DNA from: Pseudonocardia sp.
GTDB lineage: Bacteria; Actinomycetota; Actinomycetes; Mycobacteriales; Pseudonocardiaceae
Assembly (NCBI GenBank): GCA_019244295.1
Contig: JAFASX010000025.1
Span: 12,478 to 76,477, forward strand
Length of the DNA stretch: 64,000 nt
Reading direction: 5' to 3'
The notes beneath the pieces were generated by a model. It made no database searches and was not told the origin of the DNA. It saw only the letters and a list, made by a program, of their open reading frames with translations. The position numbers were made by a program, and so were the translations under genes. Each line of letters starts with the position of its first letter. The first letter of the stretch is position 1. This document shows positions 29,055 to 39,820 of this stretch, in pieces.

Positions 29055-30287
29055 TCAGGACGAGGACGCGGCCCGATTCCGTCCGGTGAGCACACGCACC
29101 GGCGTGCATACCGCACATGGGGTGAACTCGTACTCCACCGCTTCCTTGACCGGCAGCGGGATAGTCTCCCGGCCGGCCAAGATGGGGCAGCCAGCCAGGT
29201 GGTAGCGGGGCTGCTCATCGACCACCAAGACCTCGTCGGTCAAGTTAGCAACGATGCCTGAAGCAGCCGGCTCGGCGCGCTCCTCCGGCGGTTCCGCCGT
29301 GCCGCGCACCGCCGTGATGGTTTGCGTGACCTCAGCGGAATCCGGCGGTGGCTGCGCTATGTTGCCGGCTCGGGCTGGTTCGCTGTCGCTCGCGCCCTCG
29401 GCCGCGAGCTGGGCAGGCTCGCCCGACTTTTTGTCCTTCTTGTCCTTGTCCTCGGTCTCGCCGGCGGCCTCAGCGACACCGCCAGCCGCCTCCTCGACAT
29501 CGGCGGACGGGCTATCCGACGACGAGCCCACCGGCCGGCCATTGCCGAGATTCGAGACCACACCATCGGGCTCATCGGGCTTGAGGTTCACCGGCGGCTG
29601 TTCCCCCGAGGTGCGGTCCCGGACCCGGGCATCCGGCCGGCCGGCCTCCACCGGCCGTCTCGGTATGGACTTCTGCTTACCCGTCGGCTCGCCCTTGTCG
29701 CCAGCCGACTCGGGGGCCGATTCGGGAGCCGTATCGACAACCGAAGCAGCGTCCTCAACCCGGTCCTCAACCCGCTGGTCCGGCTCGTCGTCGGTTCGCT
29801 CCGACGCCGCCGAATCATGCTCGTCGGCGGAACGCCCGAACCCGCGATCCGTCACGTTCTGTGATCGGGTGTCAGTGGGCTGAACCTCGTCCTGCTGAGC
29901 GCCAGGCGGTTGCTCAGCGGAGCTGGACGGTGTCGCCACGAGCGGCCGGCCAGCCGACTGGTCCCGGTCAACTCCGGCGACCTCGAGCTCTCGGTCCGGT
30001 ACTCGGACCGCGCTGAACACCTCGGTCGCCGGATCAGCCGTCGACCCCACCGCGGGAATCGTGGTGGTGGGCGGATCGATCATCTCGGTGCTGGCCGAGC
30101 CGAACTGGGTCGCCCGACCTCCACCCTTTGCCGCGGCCCGACGCTGCACCCAGTCGTAGAACAGCGCTCCAGCCGCAGCCACACTGATCATGACGGAGAC
30201 CCAAGCCCAGGCGGCGCTTCCGGTCACCAACGCGGCCAGGAGCAGAGCAAAGGCCACGAGTACAAATATCAGGACCACCAGTAGCAC
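29055..30287 (-). CDS. Conserved actinobacterial membrane protein (2 N-terminal TM, long acidic linker, C-terminal His/Cys domain)
   Basis: Hydrophobic first ~50 aa; low-complexity linker; VLVVDEQPRYHLAGC...EFTPCAVC. Confidence 0.8.
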   Translation of the reverse strand: MLLVVLIFVLVAFALLLAALVTGSAAWAWVSVMISVAAAGALFYDWVQRRAAAKGGGRATQFGSASTEMIDPPTTTIPAVGSTADPATEVFSAVRVPDRELEVAGVDRDQSAGRPLVATPSSSAEQPPGAQQDEVQPTDTRSQNVTDRGFGRSADEHDSAASERTDDEPDQRVEDRVEDAASVVDTAPESAPESAGDKGEPTGKQKSIPRRPVEAGRPDARVRDRTSGEQPPVNLKPDEPDGVVSNLGNGRPVGSSSDSPSADVEEAAGGVAEAAGETEDKDKKDKKSGEPAQLAAEGASDSEPARAGNIAQPPPDSAEVTQTITAVRGTAEPPEERAEPAASGIVANLTDEVLVVDEQPRYHLAGCPILAGRETIPLPVKEAVEYEFTPCAVCTPVRVLTGRNRAASSS

Positions 30288-30350
30288 GGTTCACTCCGAG
30301 TTGACTACGGCGTACCCATCGTCCGCTGAGATCGTTGACATCGGGCAGGA

Positions 30351-31214
30351 TCAGCTGCCGGCGTCCGCTCGGGAGCCGTAACCAGTCGGCGTGTAACCCT
30401 GTGTCGACGTCGAGCTAGCGCGGTTCTCCGCCGGAGCGGCAAAGCCCCGACCAGCGAGATCACGCAGCTGAGACTCCAGGTACGTCTTCAGCCTTGTGCG
30501 GTACTCGCGTTCGAACGTACGAAGCTCGTCGATCTTCTTGTCCAGCATGACCTTGTCGCGCTGGATGCCGCCGATGATTTCGCTGTGCTTGCGCTCGGCT
30601 TCCCCGACCAGCGCGGCAGCTTTGTCACGGGACTGGCGCTCCATTGTCTCAACCCTGGTACGGGCATCGTTGAGCATGGTCTCCGCGCGCACCCGCGCTT
30701 CGTTCACCAGCCCATCGGCCTTGGTCCGAGCTTCGGAGAGGAGCTGCTCAGACTTGGCCCGCGCGTCACTGAGCATGCCGTCAGCCTCGGCCTTGGCCTC
30801 GCCGGTCAGCCGATCCGCCATCTCCTGGGCAAGCCCGAGCACCTTGGCCGCCTGCACGTGATGGTCACCGCCCATGACCGGGCTCGGCTCCATCAGCTGC
30901 GGGGGAACGGGAGGCGGGGGTGGAGCGGGTGGCATGGCCATGGTCTGGCGAGCTTCTTCAACCGGGCGCTGACGCTGAACCGGCGCGCGGTTGACGTGGG
31001 CACGGGCCTCAGCCAAGTCACCCTGCGCGTTACCCAGCTGCTGCTCCAGGGTCTTGACCTGGTCGCGGAGCTCAGTGTTCTCTTCGATGAGCTTGGCAAG
31101 CTCGGTCTCGACGAGGTCGAGAAACGCGTCCACCTCGTCTTCATTGTACCCCCGCTTGCCTATCGGGGGCTTGCTGAAGGCGACGTTGTGCACGTCGGCC
31201 GGAGTCAGCGGCAT
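30351..31214 (-). CDS. wag31: DivIVA/Wag31
   Basis: [33 protein letters not shown]; [16 protein letters not shown]; [20 protein letters not shown]. Confidence 0.97.
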   Translation of the reverse strand: MPLTPADVHNVAFSKPPIGKRGYNEDEVDAFLDLVETELAKLIEENTELRDQVKTLEQQLGNAQGDLAEARAHVNRAPVQRQRPVEEARQTMAMPPAPPPPPVPPQLMEPSPVMGGDHHVQAAKVLGLAQEMADRLTGEAKAEADGMLSDARAKSEQLLSEARTKADGLVNEARVRAETMLNDARTRVETMERQSRDKAAALVGEAERKHSEIIGGIQRDKVMLDKKIDELRTFEREYRTRLKTYLESQLRDLAGRGFAAPAENRASSTSTQGYTPTGYGSRADAGS

Positions 31215-31259
31215 CGGATCACCTCACGCATTCCGGGGCTTCCGAGGCCCTTACAGGTG

Positions 31260-31451
31260 TCATAGCAACCTCGGGTCGAGAAGTACATCTTTAGGGCAGT
31301 TCGGGTAGCGCGCCATCAGTATGACCACCACCCGAGACAGAACCATAATCGATGGGTCCAGTCCGGACCACCACCGCGAGCCCAAAAACTCACTGTCCGT
31401 GACGATGCCACGAGAGACACGCGAGACACGCCGAGCGGTACCGCAACCCAC
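31260..31451 (-). pseudogene. yggT: Degraded YggT/YlmG (SepG) remnant
   Basis: Occupies the canonical slot between sepF and wag31. Only IVTD...GLDPSIMVLSRVVVILM (31364-31314) resembles the family C-terminus (D-L-S-I-M-V-L); the N-terminal TM helix is absent. Confidence 0.6.
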
Positions 31452-31469
31452 CGGGCGAGCCGCACGGCG

Positions 31470-32225
31470 TCAGTCTTGACTGAAAAAACCGCGCTCAGCG
31501 AGCTTTCGGCGATCCTCAGCGGATACGTCGACGCCCGCCGGCGAGAGCAAGAAGACTCTGCTGGTAATCTTGTCGATCGAGCCACGTAGCGCAAACGCCA
31601 GGCCGGCCGCGAAGTCAACCAGTCGCTTGGCGGCCGCGTCGTCGAGTTCGGTCAGGTTGATAATGACTGGGATGCCCTCGCGGTACCGCTCGCCGATCAT
31701 GCGAGCCTCGTTGTAGCTGCGCGGGTGCACCGTGGTGATGCGTGACATAGGCAGCGCTACCGTAGTGAATGAGGACGGCGTTTCGGCGAGCTCGGGCACC
31801 GACGACGGGCCGCGCAACGCGGTTGAGACGGCGTCCACCGCCAGCGCGCCGTGCACCGATGGCCCATGCGCTGAGGCTCCGTGTACCGAAGCCCCAAGCC
31901 GGCTCCCTACTCGCGCCGATGTGGCCGGTGTGCTTGACGCGCCCACAGGCGCCGGCTCGGCTGACATCCTGCGGTCCGCCGCCGTCGCCACGACCCGCTC
32001 CGAACGTGGTTCCGGCGCGGAGTCACCATAGCCGGGTCGTTCACCGAGGTGTTCCGCTTCGCGGTCGGGCCCGTCCGCGTGGCGCCAACCACGACGTCCA
32101 GCATGATCGTGCCGATCATGCTGGTATCGGTCGTAGCCTACGTTGTCGTAGGCCTCGGCGTACGCTTCCATGTCCTCCGGGGGAACCATCCCGAAATATG
32201 CCTTCAGCCGGTAGAACGCACTCAT
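31470..32225 (-). CDS. sepF: Cell division protein SepF
   Basis: [15 protein letters not shown]; [30 protein letters not shown]; RLVDFAAGL. Confidence 0.95.
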   Translation of the reverse strand: MSAFYRLKAYFGMVPPEDMEAYAEAYDNVGYDRYQHDRHDHAGRRGWRHADGPDREAEHLGERPGYGDSAPEPRSERVVATAADRRMSAEPAPVGASSTPATSARVGSRLGASVHGASAHGPSVHGALAVDAVSTALRGPSSVPELAETPSSFTTVALPMSRITTVHPRSYNEARMIGERYREGIPVIINLTELDDAAAKRLVDFAAGLAFALRGSIDKITSRVFLLSPAGVDVSAEDRRKLAERGFFSQD

Positions 32226-32320
32226 GGCCATGGCCTCCCCATTCCTGCCAGCCGATATTCGGGCGGAACAAACACCCGCCACGGCGGCGGAATAATCCAC
32301 CGGTAGCATTCCGTCATCGC

Positions 32321-33058
32321 TCACGGGGAGGTTATCGGTCGCTCACCTAGTAAGGCCGCTCCGACACGCACACACGTCGATCCATTGTGGATCGCCGCTT
32401 CCAGGTCGGCGGTCATCCCGGCGGACAGCACCCGGGCGCCAGGATGCTCCGCGCGTATGCGAGCAGCCTCCCGCGCAAGCAGCGCAAAGGCTTGGTTCGG
32501 ATCAGCTCCGAGCGGAGCGACCGCCATGACACCCCGCAAAACCAGCCCTTCCGCGGCGGCGACCAGCGCGGCCAGCGCCGATGCGTTCGCCAACGGTATT
32601 CCTCCCCTGCTCGGATCACCGTCCAGACTCAACTGGAGCAGCACCGGCAACGGGTGGTGCCGCTCGGCTCGCTGCCGGGCGCGCGCGACAGCGGCGTCCA
32701 ATGCGTCCACGAGCCGAGCCGAGTCCACCGATTCAACTCTCGCCGCCCAGGGCACCACCGAGCGGACTTTATTGCGCTGCAAACGGCCGACCAGGTGCCA
32801 CCGCACGTCGATGTCAGGTCGCAGCTGGGCCAGCTCGGCGGCCTTGGCCGCCGCCTCCTGCGGGCGGTTCTCCCCGAACTCGCGTAAGCCGAGATCGACC
32901 AAGATCGCCACGTCACTGGCGGGACGTGACTTGGTCACCGCGAGGAGCGCCACGTCTTCGGCCGAACGGCCAGCCGCGGCACAGGCCGCCGCGATCCGAC
33001 CACGCACCGAAGCTAGCGCGGCGGCAAGTTCCGCGTGTCGATTGCGGTTTCCGGTCAA
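32321..33058 (-). CDS. yggS: YggS/PLPBP pyridoxal phosphate homeostasis protein
   Basis: LLAVTKSRP; FGENRPQE; [11 protein letters not shown]; GVMAVAP; [18 protein letters not shown]. Confidence 0.95.
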   Translation of the reverse strand: MTGNRNRHAELAAALASVRGRIAAACAAAGRSAEDVALLAVTKSRPASDVAILVDLGLREFGENRPQEAAAKAAELAQLRPDIDVRWHLVGRLQRNKVRSVVPWAARVESVDSARLVDALDAAVARARQRAERHHPLPVLLQLSLDGDPSRGGIPLANASALAALVAAAEGLVLRGVMAVAPLGADPNQAFALLAREAARIRAEHPGARVLSAGMTADLEAAIHNGSTCVRVGAALLGERPITSP

Positions 33059-33765
33059 CTCCTTTCCAGCCAGCTCAACGCGGCGAACCGGCCAGTTCGC
33101 CGGTCCCGCCGGTACGAGTAGAGCCCCGGATCCTCCATCGTGCAGCGAGGGTCGGTCTCAACCCGGTTGATGCCGAGCGCACCTAATTGGGTCCGCAGCC
33201 CGGCACGCAGATCGAGACCGGGACTGCCGGTGCGAGTGGCACACGCGCTGTCCGGCAACGCGGCCTCCACCTGGTCTCGCACGGCGGCCGGCACCTCGTA
33301 GCAGCCGCCGCAGACCGCCGGTCCGAGCAATGCCTCGATCCGCCGCGGTCGGGCGCCCAGCTGTGTCATGGCGGCGACCGCAGTGAGCAACACACCTTCG
33401 GCCGCGCCAACCCGGCCGGCATGTACGGCACCGAGCACACCCTTTACCACGTCGCACAGCAACACCGGCACGCAGTCCGCGACGAGCACCGCAAGGGCAA
33501 GCCCGGGGCGATCGGTGACCACAGCGTCCACGCCATCGTGCTCATCCCGGCAGGGCTCAGTCACGACGGCCACCCTCACTCCATGCACCTGCCGCATCCA
33601 AACCAGGGCCGCTGGGGGCAAGCCGATCCCCCTGGCGAGCCGATCCCGGTTGAGCCGTACCGCCGCTGGGTCGTCACCGACGCCCGTCGACAGGTTGAAG
33701 GAGTCGAACGGCGGGCCGGAAGCGCCACCCGCCCTCGTGGTGACCAGCCGGTGAACACGCATCAT
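33055..33765 (-). CDS. pgeF: PgeF/YfiH purine nucleoside phosphorylase-like protein
   Basis: FNLSTGVGDD; MRQVHG; LVADCVPVL; VHAGRVG; LGPAVCGGCYEV; YSYRR. Confidence 0.95.
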   Translation of the reverse strand: MMRVHRLVTTRAGGASGPPFDSFNLSTGVGDDPAAVRLNRDRLARGIGLPPAALVWMRQVHGVRVAVVTEPCRDEHDGVDAVVTDRPGLALAVLVADCVPVLLCDVVKGVLGAVHAGRVGAAEGVLLTAVAAMTQLGARPRRIEALLGPAVCGGCYEVPAAVRDQVEAALPDSACATRTGSPGLDLRAGLRTQLGALGINRVETDPRCTMEDPGLYSYRRDRRTGRFAALSWLERS

Positions 33766-33776
33766 CGCGACTGCGC

Positions 33777-35048
33777 TCAGCGGCGCATGAAGGGCGGCAC
33801 GTCGACGTCGTCATCATCGTCGGGATCCGGCGCTTTCCGCTGGGCCGTTACCGGTGGCGGCGGCAACGGCGGTGGAGGCGGGGACACCGACGCCGCGGGC
33901 TGGGTCGATTGCCGCGGTGAGATGCTCTGACTCGGCGACTGCCCGGCCGCTGATGGCCCCCCTGGATCCGTCGGCCGGCGAGCCGATCCTGGTGTCATCC
34001 CGTTCGCCCGAGGCTCCGGCCCGGCGCTTGACGCCGATGCGGCCGCATCGACGCTTCGGGGAGCGCGGAACGCGGCCGGGTCGAGCTTCTTGTGCGTCGG
34101 GGCACCGCTGTCGAAGCCGGCCGCGATGACGGTGACCCGGACCTCATCGCCGAGCGAGTCGTCGATGACGGTGCCGAAGATAATATTCGCTTCTGGGTGA
34201 GCGGACTCTTGCACCAGCGAGGCAGCCTCGTTGATCTCGAAAAGCCCCAGGTCCGAGCCGCCCGCCACAGACAGCAGCACACCGCGAGCCCCGTCCATGG
34301 AGGCCTCCAGCAGGGGCGAGTTGATCGCCTTGCCGGCCGCGCTGACCGCTCGGCCCTCACCTCGCGCGGATCCGATCCCCATCAATGCGCTGCCGGCGCC
34401 GGACATAACCGACTTGACATCGGCAAAATCTAAGTTGATCAAACCGGGGGTGGTGATGAGATCGGTGATGCCTTGCACACCGGAGAGCAACACCTCATCG
34501 GCCGAGCGGAAGGCGTCCATCAGGGACACGCCCACGTCGCCGAGCTGCAGCAGCCGGTCGTTCGGGATCACGATCAGCGTGTCGCACTCGTTGCGCAGCT
34601 GGGATATGCCATCCTCGGCCTGACCGGCACGACGCCTGCCCTCGAACGTGAACGGACGGGTGACCACACCGATGGTCAGCGCACCCAACTTGCGAGCGAT
34701 GCCGGCCACCACTGGGGCGCCGCCAGTACCGGTACCACCGCCCTCACCAGCGGTCACGAAGACCATGTCAGCGCCCTTGAGCACCTCTTCGATCTCCTCG
34801 CGGTGGTCCTCGGCGGCCTTGCGGCCCACCTCCGGGTTCGCCCCGGCGCCCAGTCCCCTGGTCAGTTCGCGACCGATGTCGAGCTTGACGTCGGCGTCAG
34901 ACATGAGCAGGGCTTGAGCGTCGGTGTTCACCGCGATGAACTCGACGCCCTTGAGACCCACCTCGATCATCCGATTGACCGCGTTGACGCCGCCGCCACC
35001 GATACCGACAACCTTGATCACCGCAAGGTAGTTGTGCGGGGGTGTCAT
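33777..35048 (-). CDS. ftsZ: Cell division protein FtsZ
   Basis: [20 protein letters not shown]; [12 protein letters not shown]; NLDFADV; C-terminal [10 protein letters not shown]. Confidence 0.99.
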   Translation of the reverse strand: MTPPHNYLAVIKVVGIGGGGVNAVNRMIEVGLKGVEFIAVNTDAQALLMSDADVKLDIGRELTRGLGAGANPEVGRKAAEDHREEIEEVLKGADMVFVTAGEGGGTGTGGAPVVAGIARKLGALTIGVVTRPFTFEGRRRAGQAEDGISQLRNECDTLIVIPNDRLLQLGDVGVSLMDAFRSADEVLLSGVQGITDLITTPGLINLDFADVKSVMSGAGSALMGIGSARGEGRAVSAAGKAINSPLLEASMDGARGVLLSVAGGSDLGLFEINEAASLVQESAHPEANIIFGTVIDDSLGDEVRVTVIAAGFDSGAPTHKKLDPAAFRAPRSVDAAASASSAGPEPRANGMTPGSARRPTDPGGPSAAGQSPSQSISPRQSTQPAASVSPPPPPLPPPPVTAQRKAPDPDDDDDVDVPPFMRR

Positions 35049-35220
35049 GCGCGGCACCTTTCTCAATGGCCTACTGTGTCATGGCCTAAGCTGTCAACCT
35101 CAACTAGAGACTGAGTGTTATGTCAGCTGTCTGCCTCGCACCGAAACCGTAGGGCTCGGCCCCCCGCGCGGTCCAGCAGACGCGCCGGACCAAGCCAGTA
35201 CACGGTTAACCCCACACCTC

Positions 35221-35934
35221 TCAACGATGAATCGTCGGCAGTTCCGGAGCCGACACATCGTAAACCGAAGCGGACTGGGAAAGCAGCACGGCCAGCACCG
35301 CCGCCTTGCGGTCGGAATCGCCGGGATCGCCCCAGCGCACCTGCTTGCCGTTTGTCAGCCGCAGGATCACCATTCTGGGCCCGACGGCCTCGATCACCTG
35401 CAGCTGATCCCGCACTGTCGCCGGCAGCGCATCCAGCACGGCTAATCCGGCCTGGGTGGCCGGGTCATCCGGGGCAACCCTGGCAACGGCGAGTCTTGGC
35501 AGCGACCCAGCGTGTTCACCGGCCAGCCGGTAGGCCAGTCCGGTGCGGTCGACCAGCCGCGGGCCGTTCGGCGATGCCGCGACCGCGACCGGCCTGCGCT
35601 CGGTCACCGTCAGCTCGACGGTATCCGGCCAGTGCCGCGAAGCCCGCACCGAAGCCACCGACGGAATCGCTGCCACCGCCCGTTGCGCGGCGGCCAAGTT
35701 GACCAGCAGCAACGGCAGCCCATTGCGCAGACCAGACGCCGCCCGGATGAGCGCCGGTGACACGTCCTGCGCCCCAATCACCGTGACCGAAGCCAACCGA
35801 AACCACGCGGAGCGCAGCAACAGCTCCCGCCCACCGACCAGCCCGGCGCTAACCACCAACACGAGCAACAGACCCAGCGCAACCAACCGACGGCGCCGAT
35901 ACCGAGCTTGGGTCTCGTGGTCGGGAGCCGTCAT
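35221..35934 (-). CDS. ftsQ: Cell division protein FtsQ
   Basis: Single TM; POTRA domain (RHWPDTVELTVTER); VRWGD...K..L; YDVSAPELP; dcw position. Confidence 0.92.
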   Translation of the reverse strand: MTAPDHETQARYRRRRLVALGLLLVLVVSAGLVGGRELLLRSAWFRLASVTVIGAQDVSPALIRAASGLRNGLPLLLVNLAAAQRAVAAIPSVASVRASRHWPDTVELTVTERRPVAVAASPNGPRLVDRTGLAYRLAGEHAGSLPRLAVARVAPDDPATQAGLAVLDALPATVRDQLQVIEAVGPRMVILRLTNGKQVRWGDPGDSDRKAAVLAVLLSQSASVYDVSAPELPTIHR

Positions 35935-35949
35935 CGCCCTCCTCCGCGC

Positions 35950-37434
35950 TCAGCTCACTTCGACGCCACTGTCACCGCCGACGCCACTGTCACCGCCGAC
36001 GCGGCCCACAGCGCGCAGCCCCAGCTCGGTGAGCACCTCGGGTCCGAGCGCGGTGACATCGCCCGCCCCCATAGTGATGATCATGTCGCCGACGGTGGCC
36101 AATTCAACGAGAACCGCTGGCACCTCGACCCGGCGCGGCACGTAGTGTACCCGCCGCGCCGGCAACGGCACCGCGCCAGCGATCAATGCGCCGCTGACCC
36201 CCGGCTCCGGGTCTTCGCGCGCGGCAAACACGTCGAGCACCACGACCTCGTCGGCGAGCGCCAGCGCGGTACCGAATTCGCGGTAGAAAACACGAGTCCG
36301 CGAGTACAGGTGCGGTTGGAACGCCACCAGCAGCCGGCCATCGGCCACTTCCCTGGCGGCCCGCAGCTGGGCGGCGACCTCGGTCGGGTGGTGGGCGTAG
36401 TCGTCGTAAACCGCTACCCCGCCTGCCTGGCCCTTGAACTCGAACCGCCGCCGCACCCCGGAGAAGCCAGCTAGCCCGCGCAACAAACCGTCCATCGGGG
36501 CGCCGAGCTCCAATCCGGCCAGGAGCGCGGCCAGCGCATTGAGCGCCATATGCTCACCGAGGACGGCGATGCTCAGCGTGTGCTCGTCGCCGGCGCTCCG
36601 GAACCGCACCCGCCCGCCCATGCCCACGGGCTGGTAATCGATGAGTTCCGCGTCTGCCTCGCTGGAGGCGGTACGGCCGTATCGACGGACCCGGAGCCCG
36701 GCCGCCTCGGCTCGGGCGGCCAACCGAGCCGCGCCTGAGTCATCCACGCAACTCACCAGTGCGCCCCCAGGCATGATTCGCTCTCCGAACGCCTCGAATG
36801 CCTTCACGTACGCCTCCGGGCTGCCATGTTGATCGAGGTGGTCGACCTCGATGTTGGTGACCACCGCCACGTACGGACTGAGGTGGAGGAAGGAGCCGTC
36901 GCTTTCGTCCGCCTCGGCGACAAACACCGCGCCGGCGCCGTGGTGGGCACCCGACCCAGGGACCGTCAGGTCAGCGCCGATCACGAACGACGGGTCCCAA
37001 CCGCAGCGCCGCAGCGTCACCGTGAGCATTGACGTAGTGGAGGTCTTGCCGTGGGTGCCGGTGACGCAGGCCGCCCGGTAGCCTTGCATCAGCGCCGCCA
37101 GCGCCTCTGCCCGGTGCAGCACGGTAAGCCCTCGCTGGCGCGCCGCCACCAGCTCCGGGTTGTCGGCCCGGATCGCGGTAGACACCACCACGGTCGGTGC
37201 GCCGCCGAGCAGGTTCTCCGGCGCGTGGCCGACCGCGACCCGGGCACCCTGCGCGCGCAATGCCAGTACGGCCTGGGAGTCCTTGGCGTCCGACCCGGAA
37301 ACCGCGGCCCCCCGGGCCAGCAGGATCCGGGCGATTCCACTCATCCCGGCACCACCGATGCCGATCAGATGTACCCGGCCGAGCAAGCCGGTTCCAGCAA
37401 TCGAACCGGTGGCATCGGCGTCGTTTGCTGTCAT
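35950..37434 (-). CDS. murC: UDP-N-acetylmuramate--L-alanine ligase
   Basis: [15 protein letters not shown]; [10 protein letters not shown]; EADESDGSF; DDYAHHPTE; FQPHLYSRT. Confidence 0.97.
   Translation of the reverse strand: MTANDADATGSIAGTGLLGRVHLIGIGGAGMSGIARILLARGAAVSGSDAKDSQAVLALRAQGARVAVGHAPENLLGGAPTVVVSTAIRADNPELVAARQRGLTVLHRAEALAALMQGYRAACVTGTHGKTSTTSMLTVTLRRCGWDPSFVIGADLTVPGSGAHHGAGAVFVAEADESDGSFLHLSPYVAVVTNIEVDHLDQHGSPEAYVKAFEAFGERIMPGGALVSCVDDSGAARLAARAEAAGLRVRRYGRTASSEADAELIDYQPVGMGGRVRFRSAGDEHTLSIAVLGEHMALNALAALLAGLELGAPMDGLLRGLAGFSGVRRRFEFKGQAGGVAVYDDYAHHPTEVAAQLRAAREVADGRLLVAFQPHLYSRTRVFYREFGTALALADEVVVLDVFAAREDPEPGVSGALIAGAVPLPARRVHYVPRRVEVPAVLVELATVGDMIITMGAGDVTALGPEVLTELGLRAVGRVGGDSGVGGDSGVEVS
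35961..36002. repeat. 18-bp perfect tandem repeat (x2.3) in the murC 3' end, encoding GGDSGV x2
   Basis: cgacgccactgtcaccgc x2 + cgacgc. Confidence 0.85.
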
Positions 37435-38519
37435 CGCCGCACCACCTCGAACACCAACCGGGCCAGCGCTTCGTCCGCCCCGGCGTGCCCGCTGCCGCGC
37501 GCGGCGGCGCTCATCGCCCCCAGCCGCGCCGGGTCGGTGAGCAGGGCGGTGAACTCCTCGACCACCCGGGCAGCGGTCAGTTCGGCGTCCGCCACCAACA
37601 CCCCTCCCCCGGCGCGCACCACCGGCGCCGCGTTGAGCGCCTGCTCACCGTTGCCGTGCGGCAGTGGCACATACATGGCCGGCAAGCCCACCGAGGCCAC
37701 TTCGGCCACCGTCATCGCTCCGCAGCGGCAGAGCACGGCATCAGCGGCCGCATACGCCAGATCCATTCGTTCCAGGTACGGCAACCCCACATAGCGGCCG
37801 GTGTCGAGCGAAGACAATTCAGGTACCTCGTGGCCAGCCCCTCGAGCGTGCAAAATCGCGATGCCGGCGCCGAGCAAGGCGGTTGCCGCCTGCGCGATCA
37901 CGGTATTCAGACTGCGTGCGCCCTGCGAGCCGCCGAATACCAACAGCACGGGCCCTTCGGCCGGCAGCCCGAAATGCGCGCGGGCTTGCGCTCGAAGCAC
38001 ACCACGGTCCAACGTGCTGATCTGCCGGCGCAGCGGGATACCGACCAACTCAGCGCGCGGCAAACCACTGCCCGGGACGGCCGCGGCGACTCGCTGAGCG
38101 AACCGGGCGCCCACCCGGTTGGCCAGCCCGGAGCGGGCGTTCGCTTCGTGCACCACGATCGGCACCCGGCCTCGGGCCGCGAGATAAGCGGGCAGCGCCA
38201 CGTAGCCGCCGAACCCGACTACCACGTCGGCCTCGGTACGCCGCAGTATCTCGCGGGTGCGCCGGACCGAGTCGAGCACCTTGGCCGGCAGCCGCAGCAA
38301 CTCAGGGGTCAGCTTACGCGGCAGCGGCACCGGTGGGATGAGCTCAAGCGGGTAGCCTCTGGCCGGGATCAACGTACGGTCCAGCCCCCGTTCGGTGCCC
38401 AACGCGGTCACCCTGGTATCCGGACGCAGCCGTCGGACCGCGTCGCCGAACGCCAGTGCGGGCTCGATATGCCCGGCTGACCCGCCTCCGGCCAGCACCA
38501 CCGACAGCGGCGCGTTCAC
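37431..38519 (-). CDS. murG: MurG glycosyltransferase
   Basis: [12 protein letters not shown]; GFGGYV; HEANA..GLAN; GGSQGA; PLPHGNGEQ. Confidence 0.97.
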   Translation of the reverse strand: MNAPLSVVLAGGGSAGHIEPALAFGDAVRRLRPDTRVTALGTERGLDRTLIPARGYPLELIPPVPLPRKLTPELLRLPAKVLDSVRRTREILRRTEADVVVGFGGYVALPAYLAARGRVPIVVHEANARSGLANRVGARFAQRVAAAVPGSGLPRAELVGIPLRRQISTLDRGVLRAQARAHFGLPAEGPVLLVFGGSQGARSLNTVIAQAATALLGAGIAILHARGAGHEVPELSSLDTGRYVGLPYLERMDLAYAAADAVLCRCGAMTVAEVASVGLPAMYVPLPHGNGEQALNAAPVVRAGGGVLVADAELTAARVVEEFTALLTDPARLGAMSAAARGSGHAGADEALARLVFEVVRR

Positions 38520-39820
38520 CCTCGACCCCGTTGCGCCTCGGCGGACACATACCGGGCCGAGTGCCGGTACGGCTCAGGCAGCCGGAGCCCAAGCAACTTG
38601 GCCAGCCGACCCTGGCCATGGGTACGCAGCGCGGCCACCGCCTCAGGCTCGTGCCGGGCGGCGTTGGCCAACAGGCCGCCAACGAACAGTGCGGTCACCA
38701 GAGCGGAACCTCCTGAGGAAACCAGCGGCAGCGGGATACCTGTTACTGGCAACAATCCCACCACGTAGCCGATGTTGATTACCGCTTGGCCGACCATCCA
38801 GATGGTCAGCGCGGCAACTACCAGCTTGAGCCACGGATCGGTGTTACGGGCGGCGATGCGCAGCCCCACGTAGGCGAGCAGCCCGAACAGTACGAGCACA
38901 GCGACGGCCCCTACCATCCCCAGCTCCTCGCCGATGATGGCGTAAATGAAGTCGTTGTGTGCGTTCGGCAGGTAGGCCCACTTGGCCCGGCCCTGCCCCA
39001 GCCCCACCCCGAACAACCCGCCGTCGGCCAGTGAGTACAGTGCCTGCCGAGCTTGGTAGGCCGCGCCGAGGGGGTCAGCGGCATTCGAGGACAGAAACGA
39101 GGTGATCCGGCTCTGCCGGTAGCCGGCGGATAACCCCAGCGCGACCGCCCCGGCGATCCCTCCCACGGTGAGCGCGCCGAGCAAGCGCATCGGCACGCCC
39201 GAGACGAACAACAACGCATACAGCACGATCGCCAGCGAGATCGCGGTACCCAGGTCCGGCTCCAGCACGATCAGGGTGAACAGCACCAGCGTCACCGGCA
39301 GCACAGGTGACAGCGACGATCGCCAGTTGGCTAGCAACCGCTGCCGCGCGGCCAGCACGTGGGCCCCCCATAGCGCCAGCGCCACCTTGGCCAGCTCCGC
39401 CGGCTGGACCGATACCGAGCCGAGCACGAACAGCCTGCGCGCGCCACCGCGTAACTGCCCGATCCCGGGCACCAGCACCAGCACCAGCAAAACCACCGAC
39501 ACAACCAAACAGGTCGGGGCCAGCGCACGCAGCGTCCTGGGCCGGATCAGCAGCCCAACCCAGAATGCCACCAAGCCAACGAGGCAGAAGATCGCTTGCC
39601 GGCCGAAGACAGCATAAGACGAATCGCCCTTGGCTAACGACTCGACGCTGGACGCGGAGAGCACCATCACCAAGCCGAGCAGGGTGAGCAGGCCGAACAC
39701 CCCCAGCACAATATGCAACGAGGTCAAGGGCCGGGCCAACCACGTGGTGAGTACAGCCCGCAGGCGCCTGATGTGCCCTCGCGCCGTAGGCCGGGCATGG
39801 ATCGTCGGGATGGCACTCAC
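38516..39820 (-). CDS. ftsW: Peptidoglycan polymerase FtsW
   Basis: [10 protein letters not shown]; SVQPAELAK; EPDLGT; [18 protein letters not shown]; PLVSSGGS. Confidence 0.96.
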   Translation of the reverse strand: MSAIPTIHARPTARGHIRRLRAVLTTWLARPLTSLHIVLGVFGLLTLLGLVMVLSASSVESLAKGDSSYAVFGRQAIFCLVGLVAFWVGLLIRPRTLRALAPTCLVVSVVLLVLVLVPGIGQLRGGARRLFVLGSVSVQPAELAKVALALWGAHVLAARQRLLANWRSSLSPVLPVTLVLFTLIVLEPDLGTAISLAIVLYALLFVSGVPMRLLGALTVGGIAGAVALGLSAGYRQSRITSFLSSNAADPLGAAYQARQALYSLADGGLFGVGLGQGRAKWAYLPNAHNDFIYAIIGEELGMVGAVAVLVLFGLLAYVGLRIAARNTDPWLKLVVAALTIWMVGQAVINIGYVVGLLPVTGIPLPLVSSGGSALVTALFVGGLLANAARHEPEAVAALRTHGQGRLAKLLGLRLPEPYRHSARYVSAEAQRGRG

